Assembly: GCA_046759445.1 (NCBI GenBank)
Contig: JBHICG010000016.1
Location: forward strand, 1-53,937
DNA length: 53,937 nucleotides
Origin: Candidatus Scalinduaceae bacterium
Lineage (GTDB): Bacteria > Planctomycetota > Brocadiia > Brocadiales > Scalinduaceae
Direction of reading: 5' to 3'
Both the position numbers and the translations under genes were made by a program. Shown piece after piece: positions 16,052-25,670 of the stretch. Each line of letters begins with the position of its first letter. Within the stretch, counting starts at the first letter, position 1. The notes below the pieces were generated by a model. The model had not been told where the DNA came from. It saw only the letters and a program-made list of their open reading frames with translations, and ran no database searches.

Positions 16052-19000
16052 TAAATACCTCCTCTGTCACTAAAACCTGTTCATCGTCACGATGTTCTTC
16101 CTGGCGAATCCGTTCAAGTGATTGTTTATATTCCATTGGCATAACTTTTACGAATAATGGCAGACGGCTTTCCCAGTGATTAAGGATGTCTCTGGCTCTA
16201 GCGCTTTGAGTATATTTTAAATGTTTTTCCAGCAAAGTGTGAAGGGTATCTTTGTCCTCTTCTGTCCAGACACTCTCCAGATCGACCATATCCAGGTTAC
16301 ACCTCATCCCGAACCACTCGTGCTCATCGTAGACATAGGCGATTCCGCCGCTCATTCCGGCGCCAAAGTTGTTACCAGTCTGGCCAATAACCACCACCGT
16401 ACCCCCCGTCATGTACTCACATCCGTGATCACCAACGCCTTCAACGACTGCTGTTGCACCACTGTTCCTGACAGCAAACCGTTCTCCAACCATACCATGG
16501 AGGTATATTTCCCCTCCCGTAGCGCCATAGAGGATTACGTTACCTGCAATTATATTTTGATAAGGTCTGAATGTTGATTCCTGATATGGATTAACTATAA
16601 TTTTGCCCCCTGACATTCCCTTACCTACATAGTCGTTTGCGTCACCCTCAACGCGTATCGTTATGCCAGGAGCCAGGAAGGCGCCAAGACTTTGCCCGGC
16701 AGATCCTTTAAAATTCAACTGGATCGTATCTTCAGGAAGCCCTATCGACCCAAAACTCCGGGTAACTTCACTACTGAGCATAGTTCCCACCGTTCGATTA
16801 ACATTTCGAATTGGAATTTCAATTACGACTGGTTCCTTTTGAGTTAAAGCGCTTCCAGATAACTTTATCAATTCATTATCAAGCGAGCTGGATAATTCAT
16901 GATCCTGTTTCCGGACACAGCGCAATACTGTTTCATTATTGGTAGCAGGGTGTGTTAAAAGTGCACTGAAATCCAGATGCTTCGATTTCCAATGGTTTAT
17001 GGCCTTTCTAACTTCGATTTTATCAACACGACCCACCATTTCATCGACAGTTTTAAAGCCAAGCACTGCCATATATTCACGCATTTCCTGAGCAATAAAT
17101 CTAAAGAAGCGCTCTGTGAATTCGGCCTGTCCGCCAAAATTAGCACGTAAAACCGGATCTTGAGTTGCCACACCCACAGGGCAGGTATTCATGTGGCATT
17201 TTCTCATCAGGACACAGCCTAACGTGACCAGGACGGCAGTTCCAAACCCAAATTCTTCAGCGCCAAGCAGTGCCGCAATCACAAGATCTCGCCCTGTTTT
17301 CAATTGCCCATCCGTCTGCACAACAATTCTATCTCGAAGCCGATTGACCACCAGTGTTTGCTGAGTATCGGCCAGTCCAAGCTCCCAGGGTAAACCGGCA
17401 TGCATAATGCTGGACCATGGTGCAGCTCCAGTGCCTCCGTCAAAGCCACTGATTAAGACCAGATCGGCCTTGGCTTTGGCTACCCCTGCAGCGACGGTGC
17501 CGACACCGGCTGCTGAAACCAGCTTTACAGATACCTTGGCGTTAGAGTTGGCACAATGGAGGTCGTAAATTATCTGTTTTAAGTCTTCTATTGAATAAAT
17601 GTCATGATGGGGTGGAGGTGAAATCAGTGAAACCCCTGGAGTTGTATGCCGTACTCTTGCAATCTCAGCGCTCACCTTATGTCCGGGTAATTGTCCACCC
17701 TCTCCCGGCTTGGCGCCCTGGGCCATCTTGATTTGAATCTCTTCAGCACTAACCAGGTACTCGCTGGTTACCCCAAACCGGCCGGATGCAACCTGCTTGA
17801 TTTTGGATATTTTCCGATCCCCGTTTGGAAGCGTCTTAAACCGTTTAGGGTCTTCTCCGCCTTCGCCTGAATTACTTCGGCCACCAATTCGATTCATTGC
17901 AATAGCGATAGCTTCATGGGTTTCCCTGCTGATTGAGCCAAAAGACATTGCCGCTGTAACAAATCGCTTCATGATATTTTCGACTGGTTCGACTTCACTT
18001 ATTGGTATCTTGTCACACTCTTTAAATTCAAAAAGACCGCGTAATGTCGCTAGCTCTTTTGTCTGGTCATCAATCAGGTTTGTATATTCTTTGAAGATTT
18101 TATAGTCATTGTTTCGTGTTGCCTGCTGCAGCTTGTAGACAGACTCAGGAGTCCAGAGATGTTTTTCGCCGCCGTATCTTACAGAAAAATAGCCACCGAC
18201 ATCCAGGAGTTCATCAGGATTACCTATAGGAGGGAATGCATTACGGTGCCGCGCATAGACTTCCTGTGCTATTTCCTCCAGACCTATACCGCCTATACGA
18301 GAAGCAGTATCACAGAAGTATTCATCAATTACTGATTTCTCTATTCCAACAGCCTCAAAAATCTGAGAACCAAAGAAACTTCTGATAGTTGAAATACCCA
18401 TGCGGCTAAACGACTTCAAAAGCCCTTTCTTGATCGCAGAAATATAGGCGTCCATTGCATCTTCAGGATGTTTGTGATCTGCCAGCAGTTCCTGTTCTGC
18501 CAATTCTCTTACAGAGCTGAAGGCGACGTAGGGGCAAATTGCGGTAATTCCAAATGCAATCAAAAGAGAAAAGTGCATAACTTCTCTTGCCTCACCAGTT
18601 TCAATTATCAGTCCGCATTTATTCCGCAGACCCTTCTTGATTAAGTGGTGATACAGGCCTGAAACGGCAAGAAGAGATGGAATGGGACAACGGTCCTTAT
18701 CTATATACCTGTCAGTCATGACCAGGATATTAGCACCATCGGCAATATGTTTTTCAGCTTTTTCGAAAAGCGAGTCCATTGCTGATTTTAAAGCAGGACC
18801 TCCTCCTTGTGCTGGGAAAAGAATGTCGATTTTCCTGACCGTCAGATTCGGATGATTGGCATTGCGAATCCGCCACATATCTGTTGGTGTTAAGATAGGA
18901 TGAGACAGTTTAATCTGTTTGCAATGTTCAGGCGTTTCTTCAAGGAGTCCTCCTTTTCTCCCAATATAATTCATCAGTGACATCACCAGTTCTTCACGTA

Positions 19001-20636
19001 AAGGATCAATGGGAGGGTTGGTTACCTGTGCAAACAATTGCTTAAAATAATGAAATAACAGTTGAGGCTTGTTGGACAGCACCGCCAGTGCATTGTCATT
19101 CCCCATCGCGCCGATTGGCTCCTGCCCCCGGCTGGCCATATGCGAAATTATAACGTTGATATCCTCTTCAGTATACCCGAACGCATGTTGCTGGGTTCTT
19201 AACACTTTCAAATCAATTTCTGGAACCCTGGATGGGTTAAAAAGCCCACGGAGTTCAATCAGGTTTTCTTTCAACCAACGCCGATAAGGAGCCTGTCTCG
19301 ATATCTTGGCCTTGATTTCATTATCTGGGACAATTCGGTTTTGATCTAAATCGACCAGAAACATTTTTCCGGGTTGCAATCTGCCGCGTTGGCGTACTTC
19401 CCCTCCCGGGATATCAAGCACACCAGTCTCAGAGGCCATGACGATCATACCATCTTTGGTTACTGTATAACGCGCGGGCCTTAATCCGTTTCTGTCCAGC
19501 ATGGCCCCAATATACCGTCCGTCAGTAATGACAATCGCGGCAGGGCCATCCCATGGTTCCATAAAAGAAGCGTGATACTCATAAAACCCGCGTTTGTCTT
19601 CACTCATATAATATTTTTTTCCACAGGCTTCGGGAACCATCATCATGGCAGCATGTGCAAGCGACCTACCCGTGTTGATGATCAATTCAAAAACATTGTC
19701 AAAGATAGCCGAGTCACTGCCGAATTCATTTTGAATCACAGGCTTGATTTTTTCTATATCATCGCCAAAGAGTTCAGATTTTAAATTCTTCTCCCGGGCC
19801 TTCATCTGGTTGATGTTTCCCCGAATTGTATTGATTTCTCCATTATGCGCAAGACACCGGAAAGGTTGTGCCAAATTCCAGGTAGGAAAGGTGTTCGTGC
19901 TATAACGCTGATGGATAATGGCAAACGCTGATGTAAAACGCTGGTCGTTTAGATCAGGGAAGAATACAGGTAACTGGCTTCCAATCAATAATCCTTTGTA
20001 AACAATGGTCTTATGACTAAAGCTACAAATGTAAAACTGGCTAAAATCTTCTTTTGTCCATGAGTCGATTTCTTTTTCTATACATCGTCTGATGACGTAT
20101 AATTTTCTTTCAAAGTCTGCACCTTCAAGTGTGTCGCTTGTTACAAAAACCTGATGTACTGTGGGTTGTGTTAAACGGCTGAGTTCTCCCAGGGAATTGC
20201 CATTGCTGGGAACGTCTCTCCAGCCCAGCAGCGTGCAATTTTCAGCTTCAACTATTTCCCGTACCGCTTGCTTGCATTTTTCAATCTTTGTTTCTTCCTG
20301 AGGCAGGAAAAACATTCCTACTCCGTATTTTCCAGGATGCGGCAATTCCAGGCCCTGTTCGATGCATACTTGACGGAAAAAGTCATCCTGGATTTGCAGT
20401 AGAAGTCCGCCTCCGTCGCCTGTGAGTTTGTCACTTCCAATGGCGCCACGGTGTTCTAAATTAATTGAAACCTGTATAGCATTCTTGATGATCGTATGGG
20501 TAGGTGTACCGTCAATATTTGCCACAAAACCGACACCGCATGCATCGTGCTCATATTTCGGATCGTACAACCCGAATCGTTCGGGGTATCCCGCTAAATT
20601 GAACTTTTTAAAATTATTAATCTCAGGCATGTCCAC
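16044..20636 (-). CDS. gltB: Glutamate synthase large subunit
   Basis: HDACGVGF (catalytic Cys1), HQRYSTNT, AQVTNPPID, QGAKPGEGGQLPG, CVLMRKCHMNTCPVG. The start may be ATG 20630. Confidence 0.98.
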   Translation of the reverse strand: MDMPEINNFKKFNLAGYPERFGLYDPKYEHDACGVGFVANIDGTPTHTIIKNAIQVSINLEHRGAIGSDKLTGDGGGLLLQIQDDFFRQVCIEQGLELPHPGKYGVGMFFLPQEETKIEKCKQAVREIVEAENCTLLGWRDVPSNGNSLGELSRLTQPTVHQVFVTSDTLEGADFERKLYVIRRCIEKEIDSWTKEDFSQFYICSFSHKTIVYKGLLIGSQLPVFFPDLNDQRFTSAFAIIHQRYSTNTFPTWNLAQPFRCLAHNGEINTIRGNINQMKAREKNLKSELFGDDIEKIKPVIQNEFGSDSAIFDNVFELIINTGRSLAHAAMMMVPEACGKKYYMSEDKRGFYEYHASFMEPWDGPAAIVITDGRYIGAMLDRNGLRPARYTVTKDGMIVMASETGVLDIPGGEVRQRGRLQPGKMFLVDLDQNRIVPDNEIKAKISRQAPYRRWLKENLIELRGLFNPSRVPEIDLKVLRTQQHAFGYTEEDINVIISHMASRGQEPIGAMGNDNALAVLSNKPQLLFHYFKQLFAQVTNPPIDPLREELVMSLMNYIGRKGGLLEETPEHCKQIKLSHPILTPTDMWRIRNANHPNLTVRKIDILFPAQGGGPALKSAMDSLFEKAEKHIADGANILVMTDRYIDKDRCPIPSLLAVSGLYHHLIKKGLRNKCGLIIETGEAREVMHFSLLIAFGITAICPYVAFSSVRELAEQELLADHKHPEDAMDAYISAIKKGLLKSFSRMGISTIRSFFGSQIFEAVGIEKSVIDEYFCDTASRIGGIGLEEIAQEVYARHRNAFPPIGNPDELLDVGGYFSVRYGGEKHLWTPESVYKLQQATRNNDYKIFKEYTNLIDDQTKELATLRGLFEFKECDKIPISEVEPVENIMKRFVTAAMSFGSISRETHEAIAIAMNRIGGRSNSGEGGEDPKRFKTLPNGDRKISKIKQVASGRFGVTSEYLVSAEEIQIKMAQGAKPGEGGQLPGHKVSAEIARVRHTTPGVSLISPPPHHDIYSIEDLKQIIYDLHCANSNAKVSVKLVSAAGVGTVAAGVAKAKADLVLISGFDGGTGAAPWSSIMHAGLPWELGLADTQQTLVVNRLRDRIVVQTDGQLKTGRDLVIAALLGAEEFGFGTAVLVTLGCVLMRKCHMNTCPVGVATQDPVLRANFGGQAEFTERFFRFIAQEMREYMAVLGFKTVDEMVGRVDKIEVRKAINHWKSKHLDFSALLTHPATNNETVLRCVRKQDHELSSSLDNELIKLSGSALTQKEPVVIEIPIRNVNRTVGTMLSSEVTRSFGSIGLPEDTIQLNFKGSAGQSLGAFLAPGITIRVEGDANDYVGKGMSGGKIIVNPYQESTFRPYQNIIAGNVILYGATGGEIYLHGMVGERFAVRNSGATAVVEGVGDHGCEYMTGGTVVVIGQTGNNFGAGMSGGIAYVYDEHEWFGMRCNLDMVDLESVWTEEDKDTLHTLLEKHLKYTQSARARDILNHWESRLPLFVKVMPMEYKQSLERIRQEEHRDDEQVLVTEEVFSG

Positions 20637-20818
20637 TTTTGTTCCTTTTTTTCAAAGGTTTTTTAATGTGCGTGTTTATAATGTCTTTTGAGTACAAGGG
20701 GATTATTCAATAAAACAGGCCGTATGGAAACAACTCATATCTTCAACGGCTGATAAAAGTCCTTCCAGACGTAAAGCTTTTAATCTTCATCATTTTTAAA
20801 TTTTTACTCAAATATTAT

Positions 20819-21249
20819 ACCTAAATTTAGCAATTTTTTCTAGAATAAATGCAACCTCCCCTTTATCCCCTTCTTAATAATCAGGAGAAGATATTTGAGT
20901 AGGTGTGGTTTTTATAACACTCAATAAATGATATAAATTTATAAGTAGCTGCTGTATTAAATCCTCATGATCATCTGAGTCACAGCAAATTATGAAAACA
21001 TGTCCTGGAGAAAGTCAGGATTAGATTCCTTTTTGTTTGCCACGTGGGCAATACCATGGAAATGACAGAAAATACAACACATTAGTCATTGGCAATTCCT
21101 CATCAAGGAATTTGCTTAGGTGATTATGCCTGTCCTTCAGACAGGTAGGTAGAATCACACCACAACCCCAGCCCAATGGGCCTGATCTATTATTTTTCGA
21201 ATCAAAAAAATATAGCACTATTGAACTTAAAAAATAGCTTGGTTTAGGT
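20819..21249. mobile_element. MITE-like element, ACCTAAAT-type TIR family (431 bp)
   Basis: ACCTAAATTTAGCAATTTT ... AAAATAGCTTGGTTTAGGT, flanked by TAT on both sides. Confidence 0.65.
21070..21190. ncRNA. Candidate structured RNA motif, copy A (family unknown)
   Basis: Shares AAATACAA, GTCATTGGCAATTCC, TTGCTTAGGTGA and CCACAAC blocks and hairpins with 51133-51240. Confidence 0.4.
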
Positions 21250-21770
21250 TATAGTAATCTTTCCTGCTGCCAATCAAATTCAGGAAGTTAATTATATGAA
21301 CGGGTATATTACTATTAACCTTATCAAATGAAGAAGTAAAAGAGGAATTACAAGACGTTGTAATTGAAGAAGCGTCAAACTTTGCTTGGCGTACTAATGT
21401 TTAAGTATCATCTGGAAAAAAGTCTTGGGCAAGACTAAAAACTACCTAATTTTCTTTTCATTTTACTACAAACCGTCAGTTTAAAGAGTGAATAAATCAC
21501 GGGGCACAGACTCAGAAACCGTAAACCAGACAGCGTTCACAGGCTCAATCCATCTACTATGGAAGAGTTGATGCAAACGCTATCTGTATCGTGCGGCATA
21601 AACACGTTTAACTATCTGTGATTCTAGTCCTTTCAAATATCCGTACGAGTCTTGCGATACTCCCCAATTCACCAGCAAGCCAGCATTGCTTTTTCAATCT
21701 CGTTTCTACCCTTTCATAAAATAAGATAATTAGCATCTGAATTGAGCGATTTTGTATAAATGACTAAAAC

Positions 21771-22478
21771 CTAAATCCCGCTAGCCCTTTCTAACCCATC
21801 CCATAGCACAGTCCTGGCATCAAGAAAATCCATTGCGCCAAAACGTAGTATTTCCTGGTGATCTTCCGTTTGGGCAAAGGGGATCAAAGAATTTTTTATG
21901 CCTTCTGCATGTTCTACATCCAGTTCTATGTGGGCTGAAAAGAAAAGCACATCATCCTCACTCAAACCTGCCTTTCTACATCCCTCACGTATGTACGTAT
22001 ACATCTTTGGTACTATGTATTCTGTACCTGGTCCAAGACCTCCAAAAGCCTCTAAATAGTTGAGAAACCTGATATTCAGATATTTATCTACAAAAAGTTT
22101 AGTTTCTGGCAATGGTTTGATAGCATTCAACCCTTCAGGCGATGTATCAATCCCAACTGATCTTAAAAACATTCTGAATATTGCAGGATGTGTCAGTTCT
22201 GGGTCCATATCACGATTCTCTTCCTGGCGTCCACCATATTCTTCATGAAGATTTTTTATTAATGGCGCCCTTGATGCTTCATCTGGAGTAATAGCCACCA
22301 AAGCTGCCAGGTATCTGGAGAAATGACGTGAAAAGCAGTAATACTGCTCGGCAAACAGTTTAACATGATCTTTATTCACTTTTCCCGCTTCAAACTTCTT
22401 TAAATATGAATGGTTTAATGCAGGATGTTTTAAACAATCCTCTTGCAACTGATCTACAAATGCTTCTGCTGATGCCAT
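21771..22478 (-). CDS. Heme-oxygenase-like diiron protein (TenA/PqqC/CADD superfamily)
   Basis: HPALNH, EQYYCFSRHF, NLHEEYG...THPAIF, GTE, FFSAHIELDVEH metal-ligand pattern. Confidence 0.85.
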   Translation of the reverse strand: MASAEAFVDQLQEDCLKHPALNHSYLKKFEAGKVNKDHVKLFAEQYYCFSRHFSRYLAALVAITPDEASRAPLIKNLHEEYGGRQEENRDMDPELTHPAIFRMFLRSVGIDTSPEGLNAIKPLPETKLFVDKYLNIRFLNYLEAFGGLGPGTEYIVPKMYTYIREGCRKAGLSEDDVLFFSAHIELDVEHAEGIKNSLIPFAQTEDHQEILRFGAMDFLDARTVLWDGLERASGI

Positions 22479-22538
22479 AACTAACCCCTCCTAAAAAATG
22501 TAAAAAAAAATAAAAAACTGACATTGTTGCTTTAAAAT

Positions 22539-22554
22539 AGCAATATTCATACCA
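22539..22554 (-). promoter_or_regulatory. Sigma-54 (-24/-12) promoter
   Basis: Minus strand TGGTATGAATATTGCT (GG-N10-GC), about 60 bp upstream of ATG 22478. Confidence 0.65.
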
Positions 22555-22670
22555 AAAGCATTTATTTGCCAAACAAAATCAAAGCCCTCGCATATGTTGT
22601 GATTTTATCAAGCCTTATGACTTGATTTTAAAGCTTAAAAAGAATTTATGAATATTGTGGACACCACAAA

Positions 22671-22728
22671 AGCGAAAATATTTCGCTAGTTGCTATTTTC
22701 AAAAGAAATAACGGTGAAATATTTTCGG
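22671..22728. promoter_or_regulatory. Paired palindromic upstream activator sites
   Basis: AGCGAAAATATTTCGCT (22671-22687) and GTGAAATATTTTCGG (22714-22728), about 120-175 bp upstream of the sigma-54 box. Confidence 0.5.
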
Positions 22729-22903
22729 AACCAGTTATATAGTCAATCCGCTTTTTCGTGTTTTGTTGCAAAGATTAAAAAAGTGGAGACGTTCAAAATG
22801 GTAGTTGTGAGAATTTTCAGATACTTGAATGTAATATGAATTGTATAAGAACAAGGTTCTTGATTTTACCGCAACTTTTTCATTAATATTTGATTTCGTC
22901 AAT

Positions 22904-24202
22904 TCAAGAATTTAGGTAATCTTTTATTTTCTCTGAGATGGTCGTAAATATCCATTCGAATTTTCCTTCGTTAGTCTCTAACAGTGTTATCCTAAAGCCA
23001 TAGAAGTCACAGCTAAAGCCAGTTAATGGTACTACACATATTCCTGTAGCTCCTAGTAAGTAATATACAAATCTTTTATCAAGTTCAACATCTTGAACAA
23101 TATCTTCTATGTAATTTCTTATCTTATTGTTCTTAATTACCAATTTTTGTCTATCATTCAGAACACCATCCTTAAAACAGACCGTCATGTAAAATGTGCC
23201 ATTTGTTTTGTTTACGATTATGCCATCGGTTTTCTTTAATGTATCATAAGCATACTTGGATCTTCTTTCATATATCTTATTTCTCATGACATGATATTCT
23301 TTGTATCTCGGATCACACAATAATTTTGGTATAACCTTCTGAGGTAAAGTAGTCGAACATACTTCCAGCATCTTTGCATGAAGCACTGTATTAATGTATT
23401 TCCTGAAAATTGGATTTATGTCTTTGTTGTAAGTCTCTATCCATCCACATCTTGCTCCTGGCCATGGTAGTTCTTTGGAAATTCCCTTCATTGAAATACC
23501 ACACACATTATTTACAACATCACTTAATTGGATCGGAACGCTTCCATTATATATTATATTCATATACACTTCATCGCATATTACGAATAGTTCAAATTCT
23601 TCAGCAATCCTCACAAATTCTCCCATTATTTCTTTTGGATATACCGAACCTGCCGGGTTATTTGGATTGATTATTAAGATACCAGAAATATCCTGATTGC
23701 TCTTTACCTTATTACGCAGATCCTCTAAATCAGGAAACCACTTATTGCTGGGCTCCAATCTGTACATTAGATGATCTTCTCCTGCGTGTGCGGCTTCTGC
23801 TGATGAATGAGTGGAATAAGCGGGTGTTGGACCGATTACCCTTGTCTCTTTTCTTAAATAGTTATAGATTTTTGATATTGCATCACCAATACCGTTAAAG
23901 AAAATAATGTCTTCTTTTGTTATTTGTATCTTTTTTCGCTTATTACAAAGACCTGCCAAGAATTCTCTCGTCTCTTCCAACCCCTTTGTTGGACAATACG
24001 CAAAGGAGGAATCCTCATCTACAGCCTTTTTTATTACCTCCTTAATCCAGAGCGGTATTTTTTCGCCCTTATTAACAGGGTCTCCGATATTTTCCCAGCA
24101 AATATCCAATCCCGCATCACTTAACTTATCACCAACCGTTACTATCTCGCGTATCTCATACTTTAGTTCATGAGCTCCAACATGTACGATATTATTTCTC
24201 AT
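22904..24202 (-). CDS. PLP-dependent aminotransferase, class I/II
   Basis: NIGDP, INPNNPAG, DEVY, PLP lysine in ISKELPWPGARCGW. Confidence 0.9.
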   Translation of the reverse strand: MRNNIVHVGAHELKYEIREIVTVGDKLSDAGLDICWENIGDPVNKGEKIPLWIKEVIKKAVDEDSSFAYCPTKGLEETREFLAGLCNKRKKIQITKEDIIFFNGIGDAISKIYNYLRKETRVIGPTPAYSTHSSAEAAHAGEDHLMYRLEPSNKWFPDLEDLRNKVKSNQDISGILIINPNNPAGSVYPKEIMGEFVRIAEEFELFVICDEVYMNIIYNGSVPIQLSDVVNNVCGISMKGISKELPWPGARCGWIETYNKDINPIFRKYINTVLHAKMLEVCSTTLPQKVIPKLLCDPRYKEYHVMRNKIYERRSKYAYDTLKKTDGIIVNKTNGTFYMTVCFKDGVLNDRQKLVIKNNKIRNYIEDIVQDVELDKRFVYYLLGATGICVVPLTGFSCDFYGFRITLLETNEGKFEWIFTTISEKIKDYLNS

Positions 24203-24272
24203 AATATTTCCTTGTACTTAATAATTTGATTCGATAATTCTATAACCGCAATTTAAAAAGTAAATTCCACAA

Positions 24273-25649
24273 TCAAGACTTATTCCAGTTGATTCCGTTA
24301 TTCCATTCTTTAAGTTTGTACTCAATCTTTCGTGTTGAAATACCTAGAGTTCTAGCAACCTTAGACTTATTGCCATTGGAAGCTTGAAGTGTTTCAAGAA
24401 TAATCTTTTTCTCGGCTTCTTTCAAGGCAGTTCCAAATGGTATAGACAACATTATCTTTTTGCCTCTTCTCGTAAATAGATTTATATTTGATGGGAGATT
24501 TTCTGGTTCTATAAGCTTGTTTTTTGCCATAATCACAGATCTCTCAATTACATTTTCAAGCTCCCTGACATTGCCTGGCCAGTTATAATTATTCAATATT
24601 CTTATAGTTTGTGGAGTAAATCCTTTAATATTCTTCTTATTCTTTTTTGAATATTTTATGAGAAAAAAATCTGCCAATAAAGAAATATCGTCTTTCCTTT
24701 CCCTCAATGCTGGAAGTCTCAGGTTTATAACATTAAGCCTGTAATATAGATCCTGCCTAAACCTCCCTTCTTTTATTTCTTTTTCCAGGTCTTTGTTAGT
24801 TGCCGCAACAATTCTAACATCCGATTCAAGAGTCTTCTCTCCGCCTACTCTTTCGAAACTTCCAGTCTCAAGCACCCTTAATAACTTTATCTGAACATGT
24901 GGGCTCATTTCTCCAACTTCATCAAGGAATAGGGTACCTCCGTTAGCTAATTCAAACCTCCCACGCCTCTGGTTTATTGCCCCCGTAAAGGAACCTTTTT
25001 CATGTCCGAAAAGTTCACTTTCTAACACGCCTTCAGATAAAGAGGCACAATGGAGGGCAATAAATGGTTTATCCTTTCTATCACTATTATAATGGATTGC
25101 GTTTGCTATAAGTTCTTTACCTGTTCCAGTTTCACCATAGATTAATACAGTCGCAGCAGCAGGAGCAATCTCTGAGATTGTTTTGCAAATGATCTGCATT
25201 CCAGGTGTATTTCCTATAAGACTTGAAAAATTATACTTCTCGTCTAATTGTTGTCTCAGGTCCTTATTCTGCAATATGAGGAGTTGTTTTTCCCATATCC
25301 TGGTAAGTATCAATTCTAATTCGTCAATATTTATGGGTTTTGTTAAGTAATCTTCTGCTCCCTTTTTTACTGCATCTATAGCTGTTTGTATAGTACTATA
25401 TGCCGTTATCATCACGACGGCGGTATCAATGTCTCTCTTTTTTACATCTTCTATTACGGTAAAACCACTAATATCTGGTAAATTCATATCCGTTATTACT
25501 ACATCAAAGTGTTTCCTTTCAATTTCATTTAATGCCTCATAGCCCGTCAGAGCACAACTGGTATCATAACCATCCTGCAGAAGAATCTTTTTCAGGCCAT
25601 TAACTGTGTTCTTATCATCATCTACCAATAATATTCTTGGTCTTTTCAT
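24273..25649 (-). CDS. Sigma-54-dependent response regulator (NtrC/AtoC/ZraR family)
   Basis: Receiver domain (LVDDD...TDMNLP...KP), GETGTGKE, ESELFGHEKGSFTGA, WPGNVRELEN, Fis-type HTH. Confidence 0.96.
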   Translation of the reverse strand: MKRPRILLVDDDKNTVNGLKKILLQDGYDTSCALTGYEALNEIERKHFDVVITDMNLPDISGFTVIEDVKKRDIDTAVVMITAYSTIQTAIDAVKKGAEDYLTKPINIDELELILTRIWEKQLLILQNKDLRQQLDEKYNFSSLIGNTPGMQIICKTISEIAPAAATVLIYGETGTGKELIANAIHYNSDRKDKPFIALHCASLSEGVLESELFGHEKGSFTGAINQRRGRFELANGGTLFLDEVGEMSPHVQIKLLRVLETGSFERVGGEKTLESDVRIVAATNKDLEKEIKEGRFRQDLYYRLNVINLRLPALRERKDDISLLADFFLIKYSKKNKKNIKGFTPQTIRILNNYNWPGNVRELENVIERSVIMAKNKLIEPENLPSNINLFTRRGKKIMLSIPFGTALKEAEKKIILETLQASNGNKSKVARTLGISTRKIEYKLKEWNNGINWNKS

Positions 25650-25670
25650 AATTTTCTTAAAATGATATAC

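Noticed and set aside
21070..21190. Assignment to fluoride, SAM-I, c-di-GMP, Moco or cobalamin riboswitch, or to a twister/pistol ribozyme
   Set aside because: Only short partial resemblances; the core conserved nucleotides of each class are missing by eye.
21021..21218. 65-aa ORF
   Set aside because: Overlaps the repeated RNA-like motif and a hairpin insert; the frame is not conserved in the second copy.
22557..22572. Second sigma-54 box TTGGCAAATAAATGCT
   Set aside because: GG-GC spacing is 9 nt rather than the required 10.
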